From the NCBI GenBank assembly GCA_021162685.1, contig JAGGYF010000003.1, positions 1 to 37,098 of the forward strand: 37,098 nucleotides of DNA, read 5' to 3'. The translations under genes and the position numbers were made by a program. The DNA comes from Candidatus Iainarchaeum sp. GTDB taxonomy: Archaea; B1Sed10-29; WALL01. The notes beneath the pieces were generated by a model. That model ran no database searches and was not told the DNA's origin. It was given only the letters and a program-made list of their open reading frames with translations. Below, piece after piece: positions 17,731-27,611 of this stretch; the stretch's first letter is position 1, and each line of letters begins with the position of its first letter.

Positions 17731-18057
17731 ATGGTTTTCTGTGGCCTCTGCAAACAAACAAAAGAGACAAACTACCACTGGTACATCCAGGAACAGGGCG
17801 CAGATGGCACAGTAAACAAATTGAAGATATGCGATGATTGCGCAGGACTTCTTTTGAGAAGGATGGCAAAGAAGGTTATGGGTATAAGAGAGGATCAACC
17901 CGCGCCTGAGACATTCAAGATAAGCAAGACAGGTGTGATAGATGAAATCATACTCAACAAGGATAATGTTCTTGAATTAACAATTGCGGTAGATATATGC
18001 AAGGCAAGGCGATGGGTTGAAAAGGAGTTAGCTGGGGAACCCATAGAAGACGACTAA
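17731..18057 (+). CDS. Hypothetical protein with N-terminal C4 zinc finger
   Basis: MVFCGLC...ICDDC; TTTAAATA box ~22 nt upstream; followed directly by hsp20. Confidence 0.65.
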   Translation: MVFCGLCKQTKETNYHWYIQEQGADGTVNKLKICDDCAGLLLRRMAKKVMGIREDQPAPETFKISKTGVIDEIILNKDNVLELTIAVDICKARRWVEKELAGEPIEDD

Positions 18058-18069
18058 GGAGGTGATGCC

Positions 18070-18477
18070 ATGTACTTCTGGGATCCATTTGAGGAGATGA
18101 GGAGAATGCGAAGGTTGTTTAGTGATATTGAACGGGAGTTTGATACAGGTTTCAGGACACCAGCAATGGACATGTTTGAGAAGGACAACGAGATAGTGGT
18201 TATAGCAGAGCTGCCAGGGGTAAACAAAGAGGATATAGAGATCAACTGCGATGGAAAGGTACTAACGATTTCAGCGAGGTCAAAGCTTGAGAAGAAAGAG
18301 GAAAAGAAGAACTATTACTTCGCAGAGAGGTCAGCAACAAGTTTCAGCAGAACAGTTACATTGCCATGTGAGGTAGACCCGCAGAAAGCAACAACATCAT
18401 TCAATAATGGTGTTTTGGAGATACATCTACCAAAGAAAGAAGCAGAAACTAAGGGATTCAGAATCCCTGTTAAGTGA
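18070..18477 (+). CDS. hsp20: Small heat-shock protein (Hsp20/alpha-crystallin)
   Basis: DPFEEM, ELPGVNKEDIEI, FSRTVTLP, FNNGVLEIHLPK, C-terminal IPV; strong AGGAGGTGA RBS. Confidence 0.95.
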   Translation: MYFWDPFEEMRRMRRLFSDIEREFDTGFRTPAMDMFEKDNEIVVIAELPGVNKEDIEINCDGKVLTISARSKLEKKEEKKNYYFAERSATSFSRTVTLPCEVDPQKATTSFNNGVLEIHLPKKEAETKGFRIPVK

Positions 18478-18904
18478 TTTCCAGATACACATTTCTTTCC
18501 TCTATTTTTTCATCCATTTCTAGCCTGGCCGTTATCTTATATGTTCCCTTTGATAACTCTGGTTTAGTCATTACTGTGAACTCAAATCTTCTGTATGCTC
18601 CTTCTCCGATTGTGGGCTCAACATGCCTATTATTTGGCACTATAAGAGAATCGCTTTCTGGGATAACCTCCACAGTGGCGTTTGTTACATCATGCCCAAG
18701 CGTATTTCTCACATTAACTACAAGTGTGGTCACTTCGTTTGCTTTTATTTTTGGTTTTGTAAAGCTCAATTCAAGGGTTTTTGGTTGTGCAAACCCAGAG
18801 ATAAACCACAGCAGGCCCACCAATATTACTACAATAATTACTCCAACAGCGATCTCCTTTTTTCTTTCGCTTATTGTTTCTGGCATCTCAAAGTCTATAT
18901 CCAT
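18470..18904 (-). CDS. Membrane-anchored Ig-like-domain protein
   Basis: Single N-terminal TM helix, then a beta-sandwich pattern (L.V.V.N...GTYKITA). Abuts the RuBisCO stop. Confidence 0.7.
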   Translation of the reverse strand: MDIDFEMPETISERKKEIAVGVIIVVILVGLLWFISGFAQPKTLELSFTKPKIKANEVTTLVVNVRNTLGHDVTNATVEVIPESDSLIVPNNRHVEPTIGEGAYRRFEFTVMTKPELSKGTYKITARLEMDEKIEERNVYLEIT

Positions 18905-20131
18905 CTAACCCCACCTCTTTATAGCCATTTGCAACTCCTTGCTTGGATACTCCTTCAATGGGATACCTTGCATAACTGCATCTATTGCATCCCTAGCTGC
19001 TTTTGCTCCAGCTCTTGTTCCTTTTGGATGTCCATGTATCCCTCCACCCATCTGTATGATTACGTCATTACCAAAGATTTTATGAAGTGCAGGCACGTGG
19101 TTTGGGTTCAGACCTCCTGAGGCAACAGGCATAACTGGTTTAATGTTGTAATACTTTCGTTTACAAGCATCCACATTTTCAAGTACTTCCTTCTTCCCTT
19201 CTATCATCTTTCCTACCGCTGTCCCTACGTGTATCTGATCAACACCAATTGTTCTCGCAATGGTACATATAACTGGCATTGCAATGCCATGATACTTTAT
19301 CTTTGTGAATGCTGCATGCCCAGCCCTGTGCGCATGGATTACCCTGCTTCTTGATTTATCTCTCAAGGTCTGAAGTGCACCCCATCCCTCTGTGATTATG
19401 TCTATCATAATATATTCATTCCCGAAATCTGCAACAAGATCTTTCCTTTTTAGCATTTCCATAGTTTCTGCAGTAACGTTTATCATGTATCCCTTCCTTT
19501 CGCCTGTTTCTTTTTCAGCCTTTCTTTTGTATCTCAGCGTTGTCCTAAGTCTTTGCGAGAACCTATTAAATGATTGCGAGGAGAGGTTTTCATCATCCTT
19601 TACAATGTCGCATCCACCAACCCATGCTTCATAGGCTACTTTAGCATGGTCTTTTGATTTCAATCCAAGTTTCGGTTTTACTATTGTTCCAATCAAAGGA
19701 GTCTTCTTTCTAAAGATTTTTCTTACTCCCTTGATACCATATTTCGGACCTTTAAAGCTTGTTGCAATCCTTTTTGGTAGAATGATATCCTCCATCCTCA
19801 GATATTTTAGGTCCTTCATACCAAATATGTTTCCTGCAACACTACTTAGTATATTGGGCATGTTCCCAGGCTCAAATAACTCAATAGGATATGCAATCCG
19901 TATGTATGCGCCTCTTTTTGTTTTCTGCATCTCAAAAACAGTAGCAGCAAGTTTTTTCATATATGGCTTTACAGTAGTGAGCTCTGTCCATGTGCCTGTT
20001 GAACTTTCAGCAGCGATGGCGCCCATTGCCCTCTTCAGAGGCACGCCTTTTGATGGCTCCATATAGAACTCGCATATAAGGTCAGATTTTGATGGTTTAT
20101 ACCCAATATGGACATAATCCTCATATTTCAT
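18905..20131 (-). CDS. rbcL: Form III ribulose-1,5-bisphosphate carboxylase
   Basis: AAESSTGTW, GTIVKPKLGL, GGCDIVKDDEN, HAHRAGHAA, QIHVGT.VGKM, ASGGL and GGGIHGHP: catalytic residues intact. GGTGA RBS before MKYEDY. Confidence 0.95.
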   Translation of the reverse strand: MKYEDYVHIGYKPSKSDLICEFYMEPSKGVPLKRAMGAIAAESSTGTWTELTTVKPYMKKLAATVFEMQKTKRGAYIRIAYPIELFEPGNMPNILSSVAGNIFGMKDLKYLRMEDIILPKRIATSFKGPKYGIKGVRKIFRKKTPLIGTIVKPKLGLKSKDHAKVAYEAWVGGCDIVKDDENLSSQSFNRFSQRLRTTLRYKRKAEKETGERKGYMINVTAETMEMLKRKDLVADFGNEYIMIDIITEGWGALQTLRDKSRSRVIHAHRAGHAAFTKIKYHGIAMPVICTIARTIGVDQIHVGTAVGKMIEGKKEVLENVDACKRKYYNIKPVMPVASGGLNPNHVPALHKIFGNDVIIQMGGGIHGHPKGTRAGAKAARDAIDAVMQGIPLKEYPSKELQMAIKRWG

Positions 20132-20218
20132 GGTTTCACCTAATTGCATTACTCAACACACTATAAAAAACATAATGCTTATAAATCTGAATGTGTAAAA
20201 TATATGCACGGTGTTTTT

Positions 20219-20659
20219 ATGAGGACTCTTTTCATTTCACTTCTATTGTTATCTGTGGCATTAGCAGCATGTGTGAACGATGGCGTGTGCAGGGCTGGTG
20301 AGGAGAACACATGTCCAGATTGCAGTTTTGGGATAGATACAACGTCTGTTATATACACCAATAATCAGTGCAACAACAATGGAATATGTGAGCTTGGAGA
20401 AAAAGGAGGGCATTGCCCAGATTGCAGTCTGACTGGCTCAAAACCAGTATATGAATGTAAGGATGATGGGTATTGCAGTGTTGAGGAGAGAGACCTTGGA
20501 AACTGCGCAGATTGCCAGGAACCTTTGTTAGGCACTGGCCTTGTTGTCTTTACTGTTGGCATAGGCTTTTTAGGTTTTGTTGTGATTGGCATCCTAGTAT
20601 TGGTTGCAATAGTATTCTTTGCATACAAGAAGATGGCAAGGGGAAGGGTAAGGCTTTAG
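20219..20659 (+). CDS. Small surface protein with three Cys-rich repeats and a TM anchor
   Basis: Signal peptide; three C..[DN]G.C...E..C.DC repeats; long C-terminal hydrophobic helix followed by KKMAR. Confidence 0.75.
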   Translation: MRTLFISLLLLSVALAACVNDGVCRAGEENTCPDCSFGIDTTSVIYTNNQCNNNGICELGEKGGHCPDCSLTGSKPVYECKDDGYCSVEERDLGNCADCQEPLLGTGLVVFTVGIGFLGFVVIGILVLVAIVFFAYKKMARGRVRL

Positions 20660-20985
20660 CTCTGATAAAAACAGACAATAACTTGGTAAAACAAAAAGAC
20701 AGAAATATTCTATACCAAATGGTTCCCCTTTGTGATTATCTCTTGTGCCTAAATTTTGATAGGTTGCAACAGTAATACGATGTGAGCAATGAAACAAAAA
20801 AGATAATATTTAACGATTTAAGAACAAAATCCAACATTGAGCTAATGAGGAGACCGCTACAAATACACTTGCAGTTTTATTTTTGCTACGATAACTGATG
20901 CGAATTAGAGTTGATGAGCTGATTGTGAAAATAGCAACCACAAGATTTTTAAACCCTTTCTTCTTTATGCAATTGAGGGCCGCAT

Positions 20986-21642
20986 ATGCACGAAATCGTG
21001 TGTGACGCAAGCTCATTGATATCTCTGTCAGATAATTGTCTCCTCTGGATTCTCAACGAACTTGAAGCAAGTTTTTTGGTGCCCCATAGTGTCAAGTTAG
21101 AGATTGTTGATTATCCTCTCCAATCAAAACGATTTGAGTTAAAGGCATTGAGGCTGAATGAGGCAATCACAGATGGTGTTTTGAAGGTTATACACGAGCC
21201 AAGGGTAAGAAACAGGGCGAATGAGATCCTAAGACTTGCGAATAGTGTATTTAAGTATGGTGGGCATACAGTGAAGATCATACACAAAGGAGAGGCAGAG
21301 ACCATCGCCCTCATGAAAGAAAAGGGATATCAAACCTTACTTATAGATGAGAGGACAACAAGGTTGCTTATAGAGGACATATATGCTTTAAAGAAATATA
21401 TAGAGAGCCGTACAGGGTTCAGGATAAAGATGAACAGGGAAATAGTAAAGGATTTGCAGAAGAAGTTGAGGGATATCAGAGTTGTACGTTCTGGTGACCT
21501 TGTAGCTTATGCATATGAGCAGGGCCTTTTAGATAGGTACGGAACAAAAGAAGCACTAAAAGCAACGTTATATGGCGTAAAATATGCAGGATGTGCAATT
21601 ACGAATGAGGAAATAGAGCAATACGTAAAAATGCTTACTTGA
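20986..21642 (+). CDS. PIN-domain protein (DUF3368-like)
   Basis: IVCDASSLISL, VP.SV..EI, IHKGEAETIAL and LLIDERTTR acidic PIN motifs. Confidence 0.8.
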   Translation: MHEIVCDASSLISLSDNCLLWILNELEASFLVPHSVKLEIVDYPLQSKRFELKALRLNEAITDGVLKVIHEPRVRNRANEILRLANSVFKYGGHTVKIIHKGEAETIALMKEKGYQTLLIDERTTRLLIEDIYALKKYIESRTGFRIKMNREIVKDLQKKLRDIRVVRSGDLVAYAYEQGLLDRYGTKEALKATLYGVKYAGCAITNEEIEQYVKMLT

Positions 21643-21712
21643 TTGTCACTTAAACGTAGTTACAGAAACTATTTATTTATAAACTATTTAAACTTCCTTA
21701 CGAGGTGTTTAT

Positions 21713-24700
21713 ATGAATTTTAGAAGTGTATTATACACTCTAGCATTTTTACTGGTAATCTGTTTCCCTGCAAGTGCTGATTTTCTCACAGTGAGTGCAG
21801 TATCCGATGGAAATGATATGAATATCAGTGCTGGGACAACAGAGACGTTTAATTTTACTGTTACTAATACCTACACTACTTTAACAAACATAACACAAGT
21901 TAATATAACATTTGACCCAACTTACTTCACATTTGTGGATGCTTCAAACGGCACCTCGCAAACTAGCACGTTCTCAAACACTACCTCTTTGTTGGAATGG
22001 GATTTAACTGATAAAATAGAGAACGGCACCTCGGGGTATTTTTGGTTTGATGCAATCGCAGCAAGCATTTCTGATGATACGACATTGAATTTTACTGTTT
22101 ATGCTAAAGACGATTCTGCAAATGCGTACATAAATAGCACAAATGTTTCTGTACAAATTGATGCAGAGGCACCGGAGATTTCGTACAACACTCCGACTGC
22201 TTCTTACGTAAGAGGCACATTAGTGGTAAATGTTACTGTTAAGGATAGATACATTGGTACAAATACTTCAACAGTACAAGTTTATAATGAAACTGGTGCA
22301 GCATGGTTGACAATGACCTGTACTGCAATTACTGCTACTACAGGTTATATAGATACATACTATTGTAATTATTCAAACTTTGATACAAGTTGGGTTGCGG
22401 ATGGAAATAATATCCAGGTAAGAGCATCTGATGATTATGGTCATCAAAGAACCGTAAACTCAACAAGTATTGTAGATAATACTGCCCCAAGTGTTGGTAC
22501 TGCAACAGTTAATACAACAAATTATAACAGTACAGGTTGGGTAGGGACTCCAATTGATATAAGGGCTACTGCTACTGATGCTGTTTCTGGTGTTGATGGT
22601 GCTACATGTGAATTCTATAATGGAAGTGCATGGGTTTCAGCAAGTTGGGACGGCACATATTGTTATTTCCTTAACCTCAATCTAACAAATGGGACCCAAT
22701 ACACATTTAATTTTAGGGTTAATGATGTAGCTGGAAACCAAGGTACTGGTACAAGTCTAACTGTGACTGCAGATGCATATGGACCAACAACAACAGACAA
22801 TGAGACAGGAGGATGGCACACAGCAGATTATTATGTCTACTTAGATTGTTCAGACACTGGTGTGGGATGTAACCAAACATTCTACAATTATAGCAATGGA
22901 GGTTGGATACAAGGGTCTTCAGTTTTGATTAATCAAGAAGGAAACAATACTCTCGCTTACTACTCTACTGACGGCGTTGGCAATACAGAAGGAACACACA
23001 TAATATATACTGCATTGGACACTGTACCCCCAACAACATCAGATAATGCTCCTTCTGGATGGCAAACCTCATCATTTACAGTTACTCTAACATGTAATGA
23101 TGCAACATCTGGCTGTAACACAACTTTATACCGTGTAGATAGCGGCGCATGGCAAGTAGGCACGTCTGTTTCAATTAATACAGATGGTAATCATACTATT
23201 GAATATTATTCAAATGATACGGCAGGAAATGTGGAAACAACAAAAACAACATATGCTGCATTGGATACGAGCATTCCATCTGTTGGTCTCATTGTTCCGT
23301 TAAACAACACCCGCGTTTCTGGTACAATTTCATTTAATATCTCAGCAGGCGATGGCCCATCTGGTGTATCCACTGTTTATCTACAGAATGGAACAGGCGG
23401 AAACTGGGTTTCAATGGGCCTATATGAAGGGGATGCCACAAATGGAAACTATTCTGCTTCAATAGATACAACCCAATTAGCGGATGGGTGGACCAACTTT
23501 ACAGTGAACGTAACAGACAATGCCGGGAACTTTAATGATACAATCCTCTTCCACCTGTATATTGACAACACACCACCGACAATCGCAATATCAAGCCCAG
23601 CAGATAACACATACAATAATACTGGAAACATCTCAGTTGATTTCACACCAACAGATGCTGGAGCAGCCGCATTTGGAACAAACGTGACGTGTAATTGGAG
23701 TGTGTATAATTCATCTGGCTTAGTGTTTAACCAGGCATTTAGTGTGCCATCAAATACTGCTGTCCAACAAGTACAGCCACTTTCAGATGCTGTCTATTAC
23801 TGGAACATTACATGTGATGATGGAGTTGGTAATACCCAGACAACCACAACAAGAACATATATAGTGGACCAACATCCAGTGAACATAACAGACGCAGATG
23901 CAACACCAGATGCATTTGTTTGTGTTATCTCAGGACACACAACAAACAATCAAGTAACATTTAACGTGACAGCACAGGATGTAGGACCAGCAGGTATTGC
24001 ATGGATAAAAGCAAATATCAGTGAAATAAACGATACTGCACCATTGGTAAGCTTGACAAACGTAGGTGGGAACATATGGCAGGCAACTATAACAGTGAAC
24101 GATACATCAAATGATGATTTCAGGGGTGTTAACGTAACATTCACGGCTCAGGATAATGCTGGTAACGGATATTATTTCTGGAATAGTATAGATCCACATA
24201 CCCAGGTTGTATTGTTTAATATGACTACTCCTCCATTGAGGGATCCAAATTGTGAGCGAGCAGGACCAAGTACTACTGTGTTCTGTGATGAGTTGGATTT
24301 CAGTAATATAAACTTCATACAAGAGGTTGAGAGGAACGGTTCTGCAGCATGTAACGATGGACATGAGTTGCCATGGGGTAATACTTTCAACACAGTAATA
24401 AAACTGAACTTCACATCACTTGACTTCTCAGACCCAGCAATTGGAGAGAAAATGCAGAAGTTGGGAGAGGCGATCCAGCCACACATCACACCGCCAAATG
24501 AATTTGGAGACAGTTGGATTTATGTAAACACCACAGCATTTAATGAGCTGAACACAACAACTACTATAACAATGTATGGACTTCCGTTCGCTTCAGAGCC
24601 AGTTATAACAGGACCAGACTCTCCAATAAATGTTGTTTGGGTCGAAAGTACGCCTTATAACATCAATGGCATTATTGTACCAAACGGAAACCTAACGTTT

Positions 24701-26641
24701 ACAGTCGGGCACTTCTCTCAGTACAATGTAACAGATAACGTTGCTCCAATAATTGACATTACTGCACCACCAAGTATAACTGCAGATAATACACCAGTGG
24801 TGAATGTTACTGTTAATGGTACTGGAACCAAACTCAGCAATATTACCACATACATAGATGGACAAGTGCTATTCTCATACAATGATACCCAGATACAGCA
24901 GAATTGTTACAACCATACTGCAGATTGGGAGGTAGTGCACTGTAATGCTACAAGTTCGCAACTTTCTGGTGGACAGCATACTGTAACAGTTGTGGCATTT
25001 GACTTCGGAGGCCAAGCACCAGGAAACCAGAATACATCACAGAAGAATTTTGAGGTTGACACAACACCTCCAACAACAACTGCAAACGTAACAAATGGAA
25101 TGTGGTATGATTCAGATGTAACAGTGGTATTGACATGTAGTGATAATGGCAATTGTAACTCAACAGCGTATAGGAAAGATGGAGGAGGAGCCTGGACAAC
25201 AGGCAACACAACAACATTCAACACAGAAGGAAACCACACAATTGAGTACAACTCAACTGATACAGCAGGAAATGTAGAGACAACAAAAACAACAACATTC
25301 TATATAGACAAAACGAACCCAACAGCCACCATCTACCTAACAAACAACTCCAATTATACAACAAGCACTGTAAGCGTTACAGTAGAGCCAACAGACAACT
25401 TGGATGATACGCTTGCATGTAGTTTATACGAGGGTTCAACAGCAGTTTCTGGAACCACCTACATAACGAATAATACAAATGGAACAATAACATCAAATTC
25501 ACTTTCAGATGGCTCTCATGACTTGGTTGCTGTGTGTGTAGATAATGCAGGCAATTCAGGAACAAGTGCGCAAAGGACAGTCAATATAGCACAAGCACCA
25601 ACCGTAACGTTGAGCTCTCCAGCAAGCGGAGCATCTACAACAGATAGGACACCAACATTGACATTTACAGTTTCTGATAATGACGCATCTGTGACATGTA
25701 CAGTTTATGTAGATGGTTCATCTGTTGGTACAACAACAGTAAGTTCAGGAAGCAGCGGTTCAGTGACAACAGGTACACTGGCAGTAGGTACACATAACTG
25801 GTATGTAACCTGTACGGATGCTGCGTCACATTCAACAACCTCTAGCACTTGGAGCTTCAGAGTAAGGAGATTAAGCTCTGGTGGAGGAGGAGCAGGTGGA
25901 GGAACAATACCAGTCCAGGAATACACAGAAACATTTACTGTTGAAACAACGCCAGAGACAGTGCAAGAAGTTATAGAAACAGACGAGAATGTACAAAAAG
26001 CACTTGAGGAGGCAGGCGTTGACCTCACTGATGAGGATACAATACAGCAGATAGTAGAGACATCTGCACAAGTATCTCAGCACTTCTCAGTAGAGATGAA
26101 TGTTGACCATATCTCACCAACAGCATCTGCTGTTTCAGTAACAATTACATACGAGGGAGATGAGAACTTAGAAGATGCTATTATCATTGTGCCAGTACCA
26201 AAGAGCTTTGCGTCAAGTGCGTCTGACATAACAGTAGATGCGCCAGGAGCAACTGTTATAGTAACACAGTCAGACCCAGTGTTTGCATTAGTGTATGATA
26301 CATTGGAAGCAGGAGCAGAGAAGGTTGTCCAGTTTATAACGAATAAGCGTGTTAATAGGGAAACAGTTAAGAACGAGCTTGATGAGCCAACAGTCCTAGT
26401 GAAAAGCATAGCAGCGGAAGAGGAGCAGCCACAACAGCCACCAGCTGAGGAGGAGAAGCCAGCGGAAGAGGAGCAGCCACAACAGCCACCAGCAGAACAG
26501 CCACAGCCACCAGCAGAACAGCCGCAACCACAACCGCAACCAGAGCAGGCTGGAATAAGCACATCTATGATTGCGGGCATATTCGTGGCATTGGCAATAG
26601 TGATTATCCTAGCATATGTACTGTACACAAGGAGGAAGTAA
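21713..26641 (+). CDS. Giant surface (glyco)protein with tandem Ig-like repeats, C-terminal module, Pro/Gln/Glu linker and TM anchor
   Basis: Signal peptide, many D..P.T...D.AGN Ig-type repeats, dense N-x-S/T sequons, SSGGGGAGGG linker, TM + TRRK. Confidence 0.88.
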   Translation: MNFRSVLYTLAFLLVICFPASADFLTVSAVSDGNDMNISAGTTETFNFTVTNTYTTLTNITQVNITFDPTYFTFVDASNGTSQTSTFSNTTSLLEWDLTDKIENGTSGYFWFDAIAASISDDTTLNFTVYAKDDSANAYINSTNVSVQIDAEAPEISYNTPTASYVRGTLVVNVTVKDRYIGTNTSTVQVYNETGAAWLTMTCTAITATTGYIDTYYCNYSNFDTSWVADGNNIQVRASDDYGHQRTVNSTSIVDNTAPSVGTATVNTTNYNSTGWVGTPIDIRATATDAVSGVDGATCEFYNGSAWVSASWDGTYCYFLNLNLTNGTQYTFNFRVNDVAGNQGTGTSLTVTADAYGPTTTDNETGGWHTADYYVYLDCSDTGVGCNQTFYNYSNGGWIQGSSVLINQEGNNTLAYYSTDGVGNTEGTHIIYTALDTVPPTTSDNAPSGWQTSSFTVTLTCNDATSGCNTTLYRVDSGAWQVGTSVSINTDGNHTIEYYSNDTAGNVETTKTTYAALDTSIPSVGLIVPLNNTRVSGTISFNISAGDGPSGVSTVYLQNGTGGNWVSMGLYEGDATNGNYSASIDTTQLADGWTNFTVNVTDNAGNFNDTILFHLYIDNTPPTIAISSPADNTYNNTGNISVDFTPTDAGAAAFGTNVTCNWSVYNSSGLVFNQAFSVPSNTAVQQVQPLSDAVYYWNITCDDGVGNTQTTTTRTYIVDQHPVNITDADATPDAFVCVISGHTTNNQVTFNVTAQDVGPAGIAWIKANISEINDTAPLVSLTNVGGNIWQATITVNDTSNDDFRGVNVTFTAQDNAGNGYYFWNSIDPHTQVVLFNMTTPPLRDPNCERAGPSTTVFCDELDFSNINFIQEVERNGSAACNDGHELPWGNTFNTVIKLNFTSLDFSDPAIGEKMQKLGEAIQPHITPPNEFGDSWIYVNTTAFNELNTTTTITMYGLPFASEPVITGPDSPINVVWVESTPYNINGIIVPNGNLTFTVGHFSQYNVTDNVAPIIDITAPPSITADNTPVVNVTVNGTGTKLSNITTYIDGQVLFSYNDTQIQQNCYNHTADWEVVHCNATSSQLSGGQHTVTVVAFDFGGQAPGNQNTSQKNFEVDTTPPTTTANVTNGMWYDSDVTVVLTCSDNGNCNSTAYRKDGGGAWTTGNTTTFNTEGNHTIEYNSTDTAGNVETTKTTTFYIDKTNPTATIYLTNNSNYTTSTVSVTVEPTDNLDDTLACSLYEGSTAVSGTTYITNNTNGTITSNSLSDGSHDLVAVCVDNAGNSGTSAQRTVNIAQAPTVTLSSPASGASTTDRTPTLTFTVSDNDASVTCTVYVDGSSVGTTTVSSGSSGSVTTGTLAVGTHNWYVTCTDAASHSTTSSTWSFRVRRLSSGGGGAGGGTIPVQEYTETFTVETTPETVQEVIETDENVQKALEEAGVDLTDEDTIQQIVETSAQVSQHFSVEMNVDHISPTASAVSVTITYEGDENLEDAIIIVPVPKSFASSASDITVDAPGATVIVTQSDPVFALVYDTLEAGAEKVVQFITNKRVNRETVKNELDEPTVLVKSIAAEEEQPQQPPAEEEKPAEEEQPQQPPAEQPQPPAEQPQPQPQPEQAGISTSMIAGIFVALAIVIILAYVLYTRRK
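26412..26493 (+). repeat. Exact 34-bp direct repeat (48-bp period) encoding AEEEQPQQPPA
   Basis: CAGCGGAAGAGGAGCAGCCACAACAGCCACCAGC at 26412-26445 and 26460-26493; shorter degenerate units continue to ~26545. Confidence 0.9.
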
Positions 26642-26651
26642 TTCCTCTTTC

Positions 26652-26792
26652 TTATTCTCTTTTATATAGATAAGTATACTCGCTCTGCTTTTTCTTGATC
26701 AAGAAATAGATAACTATTGCTATCATTAGTATTACAAGAGCGCCCACAAAGAGCAAGATAATCCCTGTTCCTTCTCCTTCTAATCCAGCCAT
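26652..26792 (-). CDS. 46-aa single-TM microprotein (not in the ORF track)
   Basis: Read by hand: MAGLEGEGTGIILLFVGALVILMIAIVIYFLIKKKQSEYTYLYKRE*. TTTATATA box 20 nt upstream. Confidence 0.7.
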   Translation of the reverse strand: MAGLEGEGTGIILLFVGALVILMIAIVIYFLIKKKQSEYTYLYKRE

Positions 26793-26842
26793 ATGCTAAA
26801 AGAGGAGGTTAGTATATAAATGCTTTTTGTGTAACCCTCTGT

Positions 26843-27601
26843 ATGCTTGATTATCTTTTGCTTGGTGTGTTGCAAGGCGTTTTTGAATGGTTGCCTGTAA
26901 GTAGTGAGGGCATATTAACGCTTGTTTCTATGTTTTCTATCCAAAACCCCATTGATTTAGCCATCTTTCTACATTTAGGTACAACCCTATCCGCCATCTT
27001 CTATTTTAGGAATGAACTTTGGGATATCCTTACGCTCAGAAATAAGAAGCTATTAATGTTCGTTGTTATCTCCACAATTGTTTCACTGGTTATTGCGTTT
27101 CCTATATACCTTTTTCTAAGTGGCATAAGTGCGTATTATGGTCTATTTCTCCTTCTTGTGATTGGAATAGCCTTATTTGTGACAGGTATTGTTTTGAAAA
27201 GGTCAGAGGAGAGAGGGAAAAAGAGCATAGATGAACTAACAAGAAAGGAGGCAGCCATTGTAGGTATTCTCCAAGGCATCGCAGTCATACCAGGTCTATC
27301 AAGGAGTGCCACAACAATCACTGGGTTGCTTTTACTTGGCGTTGAACAGGAAACAGCGCTTAAACTCTCATTTATTATGAGTATCCCGGTAGTGATTGCT
27401 GCAAACGTCTTCTTTGCGCTTAAGGGAGTAACATTTGAGTTGGGATATCTCCTAGCGTTGTTAACCTCTTTTGTTGTTGGTATCTTGTCAATGCATGTGC
27501 TTATAACATTTTCAAGAAAGGTTGATTTCACACTGTTCTGTTGGATTTTGGGAGCATTAGCAACAGCAACGTTTTTATTCGTTGTTTTCTTTAATGTGTA
27601 A
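26843..27601 (+). CDS. uppP: Undecaprenyl-diphosphate phosphatase (BacA/UppP)
   Basis: GVLQGVFEWLPVSSEG, LHLGT, GILQGIAVIPGLSRS and SFIMSIP motifs; polytopic membrane protein. Confidence 0.92.
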   Translation: MLDYLLLGVLQGVFEWLPVSSEGILTLVSMFSIQNPIDLAIFLHLGTTLSAIFYFRNELWDILTLRNKKLLMFVVISTIVSLVIAFPIYLFLSGISAYYGLFLLLVIGIALFVTGIVLKRSEERGKKSIDELTRKEAAIVGILQGIAVIPGLSRSATTITGLLLLGVEQETALKLSFIMSIPVVIAANVFFALKGVTFELGYLLALLTSFVVGILSMHVLITFSRKVDFTLFCWILGALATATFLFVVFFNV

Positions 27602-27611
27602 TGGTGCTTAT

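Noticed and set aside
18905-20131. RuBisCO-like protein (form IV) or Calvin-cycle autotrophy
   Set aside because: The full catalytic motif set is present, so it is not form IV; no small subunit or phosphoribulokinase in the window.
26077-26628. Cys/Gly-rich antisense ORF (metallothionein-like appearance)
   Set aside because: It is the reverse complement of the Gln/Pro/Glu stalk codons.
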